Source: a virus
Lineage: Duplodnaviria > Caudoviricetes
Strand: one strand, 5' to 3'
Virus record (IMG/VR): IMGVR_UViG_3300037470_001030
Span: 1 to 28,913 of that record
DNA: 28,913 nucleotides
Under the pieces are notes generated by a model. The model was not told where the DNA came from. It saw only the letters and a list, made by a program, of their open reading frames with translations, and did no database searches. A program made the position numbers and the translations under genes. This document shows, one piece after another, positions 8,364 through 16,631 of this stretch; the stretch's first letter is position 1; every line of letters starts with the position of its first letter.

Positions 8364-8849
8364 ATGAGATGTATTTACGTTTTTTCAGTCAGTGTCCTCA
8401 TCGCAGCAGTCATCAATAAACCTCTGTCAGCAGGTATCGATATCGTAAACCCGAGCGCTATTGTCATTAATGGCTTTAGTCGCCACATAGATGACAGAGC
8501 AACAACTAAGGAGTTAAACGAAAATAACTATGGCCTCGGCCTTGTTTTTGATTTACCAGATCGCGATAACTTGTATGCGACGACAGGCTTTTATAAAAAT
8601 ACATTCTACAAGGCATCGGTGTATGCGGGAATTGGATTAAAACAACGCTTTGGGCACAGACAGTATATAGAGCCAGGAATCGTTGGCGGATTGGTGACCG
8701 GGTATGTTAATAATATCGATATCATCCTACTGCCATACCTGACCTTCGGCGATACTGAAAGAGGATCTATCAGTATTCTGTACGGGCCAAAAACTAATTA
8801 CAGCATGGAATCCATTATGATCAACTTGAGTATACCACTTAAGCACTGA
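8364..8849 (+). CDS. Exported outer-membrane beta-barrel protein, PagP-like (moron)
   Basis: Signal-peptide-like N-terminus; SRH...NENNYGLG...GFYKNTF...SVYAG...GGLVTGY with alternating beta-strand pattern; AT-rich and opposite to flanking late genes. Confidence 0.65.
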   Translation: MRCIYVFSVSVLIAAVINKPLSAGIDIVNPSAIVINGFSRHIDDRATTKELNENNYGLGLVFDLPDRDNLYATTGFYKNTFYKASVYAGIGLKQRFGHRQYIEPGIVGGLVTGYVNNIDIILLPYLTFGDTERGSISILYGPKTNYSMESIMINLSIPLKH

Positions 8850-8888
8850 CTGTCGCCGTGAGTATGTGACCTGCAAGCTTTGACGCAT

Positions 8889-9980
8889 CTATTTAAAATA
8901 TCCAAGCAGAACCATGGACGCATTTCCAGTTGGCGAGAATGGTGCATCAATTGCAAAATCAAATTGCCCCAATGAATTAACCGGAACGATACAGGTGTTT
9001 TGCCCATGGCTCTCCGGCGCCCCTCCGCCCCAGAATTTTGAATGGACATATACAATCGGACGCTGATTAACGTAAAAAGAGGTCCCGCCAGGATTGCCCC
9101 CTCTAGCGGACACATATACTGCACGTGTTCGCGTAGAGCCGGCAACCGTTGCATCTACATAGGCATCGACCTGTAGCACTGCATATTTTGCATTCCCAGT
9201 TTCCATGATGAATGAATCTACTGTTGTCCAGCCAAAGCTTGATGAGCTTGATGTAAACAAAAGTTGCCCGAGTTCTCCGTTTGCACCTGTCACCGGAACA
9301 AATGACAACAATCCGTTGTTGGCAATAAGCTGCGCTGGTGTTAATCCTTGCCACACATCAGCATCCAGACCTGAACCCGCCCCGTCTACCGTCAGCAGCT
9401 TCGCGAGCACATCAGCGGCGTTATACCCCGCGCTAAGCAAATACATGCTGAGTATCGATGCCAGGGTTTGCGGTGTTACAGCGCGGGTGTGATCAGTGCC
9501 AGTATCCACTTCGAGCTGATCAGCGATCTCCATGACGCCCTGCACTGTCTCACTGGCGGGCGGGTTAGTGAAGCCGGCACCATTGACGGTAATCGTGCCC
9601 GGCGCGATGGTGGTGAACACCGTATCGGTGGCGATAAGCAATGCGGCGTCGGCGGCTTTGTCGGTAATACCATTGACCGCGTCCGAATAGATGGCGAACA
9701 GGACGCCGGTGTCGGTGTACAGGCCGAACTCACCCAGGGAGTAAACATCGCTGCTGTAGTCGGCCATGGTCAGGTGAATGGTGTCGTCCGCTACCGCAAC
9801 GCCGCCGATGGTGTTGATGCGTTTGATTTCGGTGTTCAATGCGGTCGCAGTCGCATCCGGTACCCAGCGCCCGGTGCCCAGGGCGATTTCACTGATGACA
9901 ACAGGCAAGGTGCCTGTATTGGTCGCGTTGATGATCTCTGCGCGGCCCGTATCGGTAACGATTAAATTTAATGTGGTCAT
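8889..9980 (-). CDS. gpH: Tail fibre protein, short (363 aa)
   Basis: P2 H-like N-terminus (VTDTG, EFGLYTDTGVLFAI), ASETVQGVMEIA...AVTP repeat, VDGAGSGLDAD motif; follows gpI. Confidence 0.85.
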   Translation of the reverse strand: MTTLNLIVTDTGRAEIINATNTGTLPVVISEIALGTGRWVPDATATALNTEIKRINTIGGVAVADDTIHLTMADYSSDVYSLGEFGLYTDTGVLFAIYSDAVNGITDKAADAALLIATDTVFTTIAPGTITVNGAGFTNPPASETVQGVMEIADQLEVDTGTDHTRAVTPQTLASILSMYLLSAGYNAADVLAKLLTVDGAGSGLDADVWQGLTPAQLIANNGLLSFVPVTGANGELGQLLFTSSSSSFGWTTVDSFIMETGNAKYAVLQVDAYVDATVAGSTRTRAVYVSARGGNPGGTSFYVNQRPIVYVHSKFWGGGAPESHGQNTCIVPVNSLGQFDFAIDAPFSPTGNASMVLLGYFK

Positions 9981-9983
9981 GGC

Positions 9984-10517
9984 TTAGTCCGTAAAGTTAA
10001 GGCGTAAATAAGTGGCAGGATGGGCGACGCTGACCACGTTGACCTCGGCCAGGGCCGTCAGCCCGATATTTAGAATAAAGTGGCTGCGCGCATTTTTATT
10101 GCGCCAGATAGCGGCGATCATCGCTTCTTGCAGGCCAGACTCGATGTAATCGGCGCCGCCGGTGATGGTGACATCGAACGTACCTGGTACGCCCGGTGGC
10201 GTGTTTTCGAACCATTCGCGCAATGCGACAACTCCACCGAACGCAGCAACAGCATCCTTGACCGCCTGAACCGTTCCTCGTTTACGACGTGTGGCACGGG
10301 CTGTCTTGATGACCTGGCGCTGTACGTTTTCATCCCACTGGCTGGACCACTCCTGCACGCCCTCGGCCCAGGCGAGCCATGGCAGCAGTTTGAGCGGGCA
10401 GGTATCGGCATTCCACAGGCCGCTGATGCCGGTGATGTTCTGGCTGCTGGTGCGTTCAGTCACGGCAACCAGGTTGCGTTCCAGCTCGGTTGCGTTAGGT
10501 GGAAGCAGCTTATTCAC
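9984..10517 (-). CDS. gpI: Tail protein I
   Basis: LLPPNATELER, LWNADTCPLKLLPWLAW, KRGT, EWFE...PGTF, KNARSH. Confidence 0.95.
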   Translation of the reverse strand: MNKLLPPNATELERNLVAVTERTSSQNITGISGLWNADTCPLKLLPWLAWAEGVQEWSSQWDENVQRQVIKTARATRRKRGTVQAVKDAVAAFGGVVALREWFENTPPGVPGTFDVTITGGADYIESGLQEAMIAAIWRNKNARSHFILNIGLTALAEVNVVSVAHPATYLRLNFTD

Positions 10518-11409
10518 CCGTACCCCCTACAGTGACAGTAACGCCCACGCAATAAGCCGCCTCGGTAGGCAGCACCACCTGAGTCGCCGTAATGTCGGTG
10601 CCCACAGTATTGTTGAATGTAACGTCCATCACGCCTTCGACCATGTGTGCGGCGATCAGGCCGGCCAGGGTAATATCGATGCCGATATGGTGTTGTTTTT
10701 CGACCCACGCTGTGACGTTGGCTAATGCCGCCAGGCGCACCGATTCGATATCGAAGCTTGGATACACGGTGAGCGTGCTATTGATCGTGTAAGTGATGAT
10801 GCTGGCGCTCTGCACCGTGACCTGGTCGGTCAGGGGCCGCACAGAATCATTCAGGGCATCGGAGACCAGGGTTAACAGGGCGGCATCGGCGGTACCGTCT
10901 CCAATCGTGGACAACACGCTGACCACCACGTCCACCGGCGATGGACTGGTGACGCTGATATCCTTGACGTCGCCGCTGGCGGACTTGGCGTGATAGATAT
11001 AGGCGTTCTCCGGACCCGCCGTCGAATAGGCATCCTCGGCGATGAGGATGCGTTCCAGGTAATCCGCGTCGGATTCATAAGTGGGATCCACCGGCGGGAT
11101 CGCGTTGGGATCGCCCGGGTCGAGCACCAGGCGGGTGGTTTCGTAATAGGTGACACCAAGGTGATCCAGATCGGCGCCGGAACTCAAGCCCAGCAGCAGG
11201 CCCTTGGCGCGGTCATTGTATTCCTGGTCTTTGAGCACTTCGCGATAGGCACAGACTTCGAGAATTTTGTACGCCGGATCTGCCGGCGACAGATTGGCCA
11301 TGTCAGGATCCAGTGCAATGAGATCAGCCAGCATGGCATTGAGCACGGTTTCATAATCGACGGGCACGATGACATTCGGCGGTGGCAGTCGGGAAATATC
11401 GATAGGCAT
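10510..11409 (-). CDS. gpJ: Baseplate wedge protein J
   Basis: IDISRLPPPNVI, AYRE, GADLDHL, STAGPENAYIYHA, VRPLTDQVTVQSA. Confidence 0.95.
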   Translation of the reverse strand: MPIDISRLPPPNVIVPVDYETVLNAMLADLIALDPDMANLSPADPAYKILEVCAYREVLKDQEYNDRAKGLLLGLSSGADLDHLGVTYYETTRLVLDPGDPNAIPPVDPTYESDADYLERILIAEDAYSTAGPENAYIYHAKSASGDVKDISVTSPSPVDVVVSVLSTIGDGTADAALLTLVSDALNDSVRPLTDQVTVQSASIITYTINSTLTVYPSFDIESVRLAALANVTAWVEKQHHIGIDITLAGLIAAHMVEGVMDVTFNNTVGTDITATQVVLPTEAAYCVGVTVTVGGTGE

Positions 11410-11771
11410 TAGCTGGCTCCCAGGGGAATGATTAACTGCACCGCGTCGCCTGCATCGATATCGCCGATATCCGTGGTGGTGATGCCCTCGATGTCGATAT
11501 CGAACTGGCCGGCGGCCAGGTCACCGCCGGCCAGCTGGACACGCAGGGGCAGGATACGAGGCTCCCAGCGCAACAGGCTGTCGACCACCGCGGCATATAT
11601 TTTCAGCAGGGTGCTGTTGTTGCCCGGCTGGTCGATGAGCTCGAATAGGCTGGCGCCGTAATCACGATTCATCACCCGGGAACCGATGGGCGTGGTGAGT
11701 ATGTCGCGGATGTTTTGCGACAGCTCATCCAGCCCGCTGATGGTTTCGCCGGTGATGCGATGCATGCCCAT
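11409..11771 (-). CDS. gpW: Baseplate protein W (gp25-like)
   Basis: MGMHRITG...IRDILTTPIGSRVMNRDYGASLFELIDQP...RWEPRI. Confidence 0.95.
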   Translation of the reverse strand: MGMHRITGETISGLDELSQNIRDILTTPIGSRVMNRDYGASLFELIDQPGNNSTLLKIYAAVVDSLLRWEPRILPLRVQLAGGDLAAGQFDIDIEGITTTDIGDIDAGDAVQLIIPLGAS

Positions 11772-12211
11772 CAGCCGGCCTCCTGTTCAAAACCAGTCAT
11801 GAACGCATCGGCCACGGCTTCGGAGATGGCCAGTGCGCCGTTGGACTGCACCGGCGAGCAGGCCATGATGCGACTGACGATGGACGCGGCGTTGACGGTG
11901 TAGGCGTGCACCGCCGGGATCGGGTTCCAGCTATCGGCCCAGGCCTGGGTTTCGTCATCGATGCCCTGGGCGACGCAGTAGATAAACACCAGGCCAGGGC
12001 CGGACAGGTAGGCGCTAAACTCGGCGGCAAAGCTGGCGGCCATGCTAGAGGGGGTGGTTGGCGATACGGAGGTCCAGCCGGCATCAATGGCGGTGGCCAG
12101 TTTTTGCACCGTGGTACCGTTCACATTGAACTGGGTATTGAAGCCGCCTTCGACGGTGTAGGTTTTCGCGCCGAGGATGTTAGCGATGGCGGGCTGACCG
12201 ATGCTGGGCAT
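11771..12211 (-). CDS. Hypothetical protein inserted between V and W
   Basis: 146-aa ORF starting 1 nt after the V stop and overlapping the W start by 1 nt; composition similar to flanking structural genes. Confidence 0.75.
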   Translation of the reverse strand: MPSIGQPAIANILGAKTYTVEGGFNTQFNVNGTTVQKLATAIDAGWTSVSPTTPSSMAASFAAEFSAYLSGPGLVFIYCVAQGIDDETQAWADSWNPIPAVHAYTVNAASIVSRIMACSPVQSNGALAISEAVADAFMTGFEQEAG

Positions 12212-12212
12212 A

Positions 12213-12836
12213 TCAGTCTCCCGCGCTTACGGTAAGTGACCCCTGCGGGTGAGGCGAACCGGTGAAAGAACACACATGCGCCTGGCAGACCACGCCGCCG
12301 GAAGTGCCTCCGTTGAGAATGATGCCGGCAGCATCGACCGTGGCATTACCGCCGGCATCGATGTCGACGTTCCCACCTGCATTGACGATGGCATCGCCGC
12401 CCACGGCCGCATCCAGGTTGCCAACCGTATTCACCAGCGTATCGCCGCCGTTATTGGTCACCGTCATTTTATGCGCGGCCCGGTCATACTCGACGAAGGA
12501 GCCGTCGGCAAAATTAACGCGGCGAACAGTCTCGGCATTGGCCGGGGCGGGATGATTGTTTTGATAGATGGCGGGTAATACGACGCCCAGCGCCAGTTCA
12601 CCGGATGGACACACCAGTAACACCTGCTCGCCCAGCTCCGGCGCCCACCAGTCGATGTCGTTGCCGGCGCGACGAGTGAGCCAGGGCAGCCAGTCGGTTT
12701 TAACCACCTGGCCCTGTTCATCTTCACCATAGGCGACGCGCACCCGGGCGGCCGCATAATTGACCTCGGCAATGGTACCAATGCGAATCAGGTTTTCTAA
12801 ACGTCGGGATAGTTCGACCAGGCTGAATGTGCTCAT
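12213..12836 (-). CDS. gpV: Baseplate spike protein V
   Basis: RRLENLIRIGTIAEV, TDWLPWLTRRAG, WWAPELGEQV, FADGSFVEYD, beta-helix repeats. Confidence 0.95.
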   Translation of the reverse strand: MSTFSLVELSRRLENLIRIGTIAEVNYAAARVRVAYGEDEQGQVVKTDWLPWLTRRAGNDIDWWAPELGEQVLLVCPSGELALGVVLPAIYQNNHPAPANAETVRRVNFADGSFVEYDRAAHKMTVTNNGGDTLVNTVGNLDAAVGGDAIVNAGGNVDIDAGGNATVDAAGIILNGGTSGGVVCQAHVCSFTGSPHPQGSLTVSAGD

Positions 12837-12843
12837 GTGCCTG

Positions 12844-12901
12844 ATTATGGATAAGTGCTATTTTTGTGGCGTGTAGTGGGCCGTGTAAAAGCGGTGTTTA
12901 C
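12844..12901 (-). promoter_or_regulatory. Late promoter pV: GTAAA-N7-TTTAC (12885-12901) with -10 CATAAT (12844-12849)
   Basis: Palindrome 35 nt from -10; V ATG 7 nt downstream of -10 (leaderless geometry). Confidence 0.78.
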
Positions 12902-13353
12902 TGTGACAGGTGTTTTTGTATTTCATCCAGCAGCCAGTCCCGGTCCTCGTCACTGAAGCCCAGCAGCCGGCGCACTGGATATTGAAACAAAGGCCCACCA
13001 GGCATGACCCTCGACAATAAACCGAACTGGTGAATTTTTGCGATGCGCGCATCTTTTCCGTTATAACCGACCGCAACACCGTTGGCGTCGGCGGCCACTT
13101 TAAGGTGCCGCGCCTGGCGTAACTTTTTAAACATCTCTTTACGCCGCACGATGCGGCCTGCTTTTTTCTGTACCTTCTCCTTGCGAGGCGTGAATCGGGT
13201 ACCTTCCGGGTTTTGCTGTCGCTTGATGCGATCCGCCTGGCGCCGGCGCAGGGCCATGCCAATGCGGCGAAAAAACTGGCGACGCTGTGGCCGCGATAAT
13301 TTAGCCAGCAACGGATCCAGCCAGCTTTCCAGCGCGGTTAAATCATCAGCCAT
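12898..13353 (-). CDS. gpS: Virion morphogenesis / tail completion protein S
   Basis: QQNPEGTRFTPRK, MFKKLR, ARIAKIHQFG, YPVRRLLGFS. Confidence 0.93.
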   Translation of the reverse strand: MADDLTALESWLDPLLAKLSRPQRRQFFRRIGMALRRRQADRIKRQQNPEGTRFTPRKEKVQKKAGRIVRRKEMFKKLRQARHLKVAADANGVAVGYNGKDARIAKIHQFGLLSRVMPGGPLFQYPVRRLLGFSDEDRDWLLDEIQKHLSQ

Positions 13354-13807
13354 TTTGCAGCCAGGTTTCTATGGGATCATCGTTGGCATACAGCGTCCAT
13401 TCAGTGGCCGGCAATAACACCGGGTCGATGTTGGGTTCATCGGCATGATGCAGCAGGATGTCCCCGTTGGCGTCGGCCGAGACTTTGATGGTTTCGGTCA
13501 GGTTAAGCGACAGGGAAAGATCGACGCTTTTTTCTCCCAGGACATCGGCCTCGAACTGGACGGCCTCAGGCCGGTGGTCCGGCTGGGCGATCTTGAGCCA
13601 TTGCAGAACCCAGAAGGCCAGCTGGTCCGCATGGCCGCTGAAATTCGTGATAATGACGTTTGCCTTGTAATTAAATTCATAGTGATCATTGGTGCCGGAA
13701 GCGTTGGAAATGATCTGGCCTTCATCGGCGAAGGTGAGCAGGTCATCGGCATCGATCTCAATCGGCCCGGTGAGCAGGTGGTCGCGCAGGGATTGTAGTT
13801 TGTTCAT
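13346..13807 (-). CDS. gpR: Tail completion protein R
   Basis: MNKLQSLRDHL, LLTFADEG, WLKIAQPD, FEADVL...DLSLSLNLTE. Confidence 0.92.
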   Translation of the reverse strand: MNKLQSLRDHLLTGPIEIDADDLLTFADEGQIISNASGTNDHYEFNYKANVIITNFSGHADQLAFWVLQWLKIAQPDHRPEAVQFEADVLGEKSVDLSLSLNLTETIKVSADANGDILLHHADEPNIDPVLLPATEWTLYANDDPIETWLQNG

Positions 13808-14319
13808 GGCTTCACGTTCTTAAGCAGGCCCTGGGTCTTTTCCTTACTGCCGGCGCTGCTGCCGAAAAAGAAGTTATACACCTGCTCGGCTTTGGCGGAT
13901 ACCTGGCCGAGTACGAAGCCAAGCAAGGTGCTATCCAGTGACACCTTGCCGGAGAGGATCCAGAACACCACTGCGAAGAAACAGCCCACGGTGATGGTGG
14001 CCAGTGTTGGCACGATGAGGCTCTTGTTGTTTTCCTGCATGGCGCGCGCGCTGGCGCGGTCCTGCTGGGCTATTTTTTCCAGATCCACCCCAAGCTCGGC
14101 CATGCGTTGTTCGAAGGCCTGGTCCGCCTGTTTGAGTTTTAGCAGGGTGTCGGGATTGGCCGCCTGGATGGCTTCGGCCAGATCCTTCTCGGTGGTGTTT
14201 TCGTCGCCAGTGATAGCGGCGGCGATGGCCTTGGTGGCCATGCCGGCAAAGGGACCGCCGAGTGCCGTGCCCAGCGCCGGCGCGATGTTTGAGACTAAAC
14301 CTTTCCAGTCGAATGCCAT
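13804..14319 (-). CDS. Membrane protein of the lysis cassette (3TM-holin-like)
   Basis: N-terminal APALGTALGGP, central helix ending DRASARAM, two C-terminal TM segments and FFFGSSAGS; directly follows the endolysin. Confidence 0.6.
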   Translation of the reverse strand: MAFDWKGLVSNIAPALGTALGGPFAGMATKAIAAAITGDENTTEKDLAEAIQAANPDTLLKLKQADQAFEQRMAELGVDLEKIAQQDRASARAMQENNKSLIVPTLATITVGCFFAVVFWILSGKVSLDSTLLGFVLGQVSAKAEQVYNFFFGSSAGSKEKTQGLLKNVKP

Positions 14320-14879
14320 TATTGAACCCTCGCTCTAAACCAGCCATAAATGAATGTTTCGTCTTTCTCTCGCCGCTCGGCGAGCTCGATATAGAACGCC
14401 CCCTGCAGGGCATTGAGCATGCGCAACAGCACCACCTGCCCGTCGCGGCCCCGCAGGAACAGGTAACGCTTGAGGGCCTTCATGGTTTTTTCACCTGGCT
14501 GGCCATCCACCACCAGGTCGGGATACTGGGTAGCCTTTTTGTTCAGTACATTAAGTGCGCGTTGCAAAAACGTGCCGGCACGGTGCACGCCCATGTTCAC
14601 GCCGGTATCCGCCAGCTCTTCCGCGATACTGGCAGCCAGCTTTTCAATGATGTCCAGGTTCAGTGCATTCCAGTAGCGCGCCTGGTAGATATCGAAGGCG
14701 ACCGCCCGGGGCAGCGCCTGCATGGGTCCGGTGTAGTCATTGGCCCGCGCCTCGCGTTCGGTGATGCCCCAGCGGGTCGGTCCGCCGGAATCGTCCGGGT
14801 TGTCCACGTAGTCACCTTCACGCTCGATGATGCCGTTTATGATGCGATCTCTTAATGCGCTCACCGCCGACCTCCCCAT
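14319..14879 (-). CDS. Endolysin, glycoside hydrolase family 108 with C-terminal peptidoglycan-binding domain
   Basis: EGDYVDNPDDSGGPTRWGIT catalytic motif; DTGVNMG, LQRALN, VDGQPG..T, F.YGW. Confidence 0.92.
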   Translation of the reverse strand: MGRSAVSALRDRIINGIIEREGDYVDNPDDSGGPTRWGITEREARANDYTGPMQALPRAVAFDIYQARYWNALNLDIIEKLAASIAEELADTGVNMGVHRAGTFLQRALNVLNKKATQYPDLVVDGQPGEKTMKALKRYLFLRGRDGQVVLLRMLNALQGAFYIELAERREKDETFIYGWFRARVQ

Positions 14880-15148
14880 ACAATTTGCACGATACGTTCA
14901 AGACCGGACGTGCCCAGGCTGGCGATCAGGGCGGCGAAGCCGCACATGGCCAGCTGATCGATGTCCGGATACCAGATAAGAATGATGCCGGCCACCAGGC
15001 CCAGCACCCCGGACGACAGGGCGCGGCCCAGCACCACGCGCCATACCAGCTTTTCGTCACTGGCCAGCAGCTGCCCCATGCCGGCGATGATGCCGACGAC
15101 AAGCATCAACAGGAAAGGGTGTTCTTTTATGTCCATTCTCAATCCCAC
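14861..15148 (-). CDS. Holin
   Basis: 95 aa with three hydrophobic segments; GQLLASDEKLVWRVVLGRAL; between X and the endolysin. Confidence 0.85.
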   Translation of the reverse strand: MGLRMDIKEHPFLLMLVVGIIAGMGQLLASDEKLVWRVVLGRALSSGVLGLVAGIILIWYPDIDQLAMCGFAALIASLGTSGLERIVQIVWGGRR

Positions 15149-15348
15149 AGGTTTATGTTTTTCTGTTCCGGTTTGGTGGACACGTCGGGCAAGGTGACCG
15201 ACACGCCCATGGGCAGGGTATGGCCCCTGGCGGCCAGTCCCGGGTTATGCGCCAGCACCTGTTCAGTCACCCCGTGCGTGTAACCGTAATGCCGATAGCA
15301 GATGGCATCGACGGTATCACCCTGCCGGCTGAGGACCACGCGGCTCAT
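15139..15348 (-). CDS. gpX: Tail protein X
   Basis: QGDTVDAICYRHYG...VLAHNPGLA...LPMG...LPD...NLWD. Confidence 0.95.
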   Translation of the reverse strand: MSRVVLSRQGDTVDAICYRHYGYTHGVTEQVLAHNPGLAARGHTLPMGVSVTLPDVSTKPEQKNINLWD

Positions 15349-15815
15349 ATCAGCTCCACCGTCATTTGCGGTTCACCGAGGATATTGCGAATGGAACGCC
15401 TGGCATCGCTGAGGTAGGCGTCGCGGGTGTTGTCCAGTTCGTCGGCGCGATCTTCGCCGTCGTCGCTGTTGTCCGCGTCGCGGTAGTACTCAAGAATCTG
15501 CGCCTTGGCGCGGGAATAGACGGCGGTCAAATAGTAATGAACCAGTTCCGAGATGTTGTCGTAAACATCCGCCGGCACTGCATCCAGCGTGACATACCCC
15601 AGCGCGACCTGTTGCGCCTGCCATGCGGACAGTTCGCGGTTCACGCCCATGATGGCGGAGCGCAGGGCTTCGATGATGCGTTGGTCGGTAATGGAATCCT
15701 GGGCGCGGGTAGCGGCGCGAAACGCAGCCACGGTGATGGCCGGGTAAAAAGCGGTATTGCCGACGGTTTGGTCGCTGGTATTGTTGGGATCGGCTGCGGC
15801 TACGAACGAGACCAT
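15345..15815 (-). CDS. gpL: Head completion/stabilisation protein L
   Basis: FYPAI...FR...YYLTAVYSRAKA..LEYYRDAD...IRNILGEPQMTVELI. Start placed at ATG 15815 behind AAGGTG. Confidence 0.9.
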   Translation of the reverse strand: MVSFVAAADPNNTSDQTVGNTAFYPAITVAAFRAATRAQDSITDQRIIEALRSAIMGVNRELSAWQAQQVALGYVTLDAVPADVYDNISELVHYYLTAVYSRAKAQILEYYRDADNSDDGEDRADELDNTRDAYLSDARRSIRNILGEPQMTVELI

Positions 15816-15835
15816 AGAAAACACCTTTTATAAAA

Positions 15836-15894
15836 ACGGTGGCTTACGGTGCGTTATTGTCGTTATCACCTGACAAACAGCACCGGGCCACCGT
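15836..15894. other. Long imperfect hairpin in the M-L intergenic region
   Basis: Nested arms ACGGTGGC/GCCACCGT, CGGTGC/GCACCG and TTGTC/GACAA. Confidence 0.7.
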
Positions 15895-15910
15895 GGCGGG
15901 AGGAACACGG

Positions 15911-16600
15911 TTAGTTGGTATCGTCCTGGGCCGCTTCCTGTTCGGCCTTTTTCCTGTCTCGCTCGATTCGTTCGATGAGTTTTTTCACACCGGCGTTTTT
16001 GTTCAACTCCAGTGCGCGGTTTAGGTGAGTGAGCGCCAGCTCGTGGTTCATGTCGGCCACCGATACACCCACGGCTTTATGCAGCTTGGAGCGTACTTCG
16101 TCTGGCATGTCGTGATCGGCGGTGGTCTGTTGCGTCAGCAGCACCAGCTCCGGGTTCACGGTTTCTTTTTGTGACAGCACCTTGTTGAGGGCATAGTCGG
16201 CGACTTCTTCCGCCAGCAAGGTGGCAGTGTCCCGCTTGTACTGTTCCGGCGTGACCAGGTTATGGGCCATGGCGTATTTACCGATTTCCAGCGCGCCCCA
16301 CAAATCACCGGCATCAATGCGCCAGACCATCAGCGTCATCAACACGTCGTCCTGGACGCCGGCGTCCGATTCCAGCACCCCATCCACATAGGGGGCGTAT
16401 TCGGGCAACAGCTCGGCTTTCAGTTCCGCCTTGCGCTCGAAGCTCTGGATTTCCTTCAGCCGGCGTTTGTCTTCGGCCAGCTGGATCAGCATGATTTCGT
16501 ACTGGTTGGTCTGCTCCAGGCTGCGGCCTTTGACGGCGGCCTCGGCGGCGCTCCTGCCGGCCGATACGCGCATGAAGTGACGTTGTGCGGGTGATGCCAT
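15911..16600 (-). CDS. gpM: Terminase endonuclease (small) subunit M
   Basis: SPAQRH, LKEIQS.ERKAELK, QDDVLMTLMVWRIDAGD, DMPDEVRSKLHKA, GVKKLIE. Confidence 0.95.
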   Translation of the reverse strand: MASPAQRHFMRVSAGRSAAEAAVKGRSLEQTNQYEIMLIQLAEDKRRLKEIQSFERKAELKAELLPEYAPYVDGVLESDAGVQDDVLMTLMVWRIDAGDLWGALEIGKYAMAHNLVTPEQYKRDTATLLAEEVADYALNKVLSQKETVNPELVLLTQQTTADHDMPDEVRSKLHKAVGVSVADMNHELALTHLNRALELNKNAGVKKLIERIERDRKKAEQEAAQDDTN

Positions 16601-16631
16601 GTTGTTACCTTTTATGTCCGGTGATTAATGA

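Noticed and set aside
8850-9980. Invertible tail-fibre cassette or diversity-generating retroelement
   Set aside because: No invertase, reverse transcriptase, inverted crossover sites or TR/VR pair seen.
13931-14413. Overlapping ORF as an embedded o-spanin
   Set aside because: No hydrophobic signal or lipobox; Arg/His/Gly-rich off-frame composition.
2191-15348. R-type tailocin or other contractile injection system
   Set aside because: Capsid, scaffold, portal, terminase, cos and att are all present, so this is a prophage.
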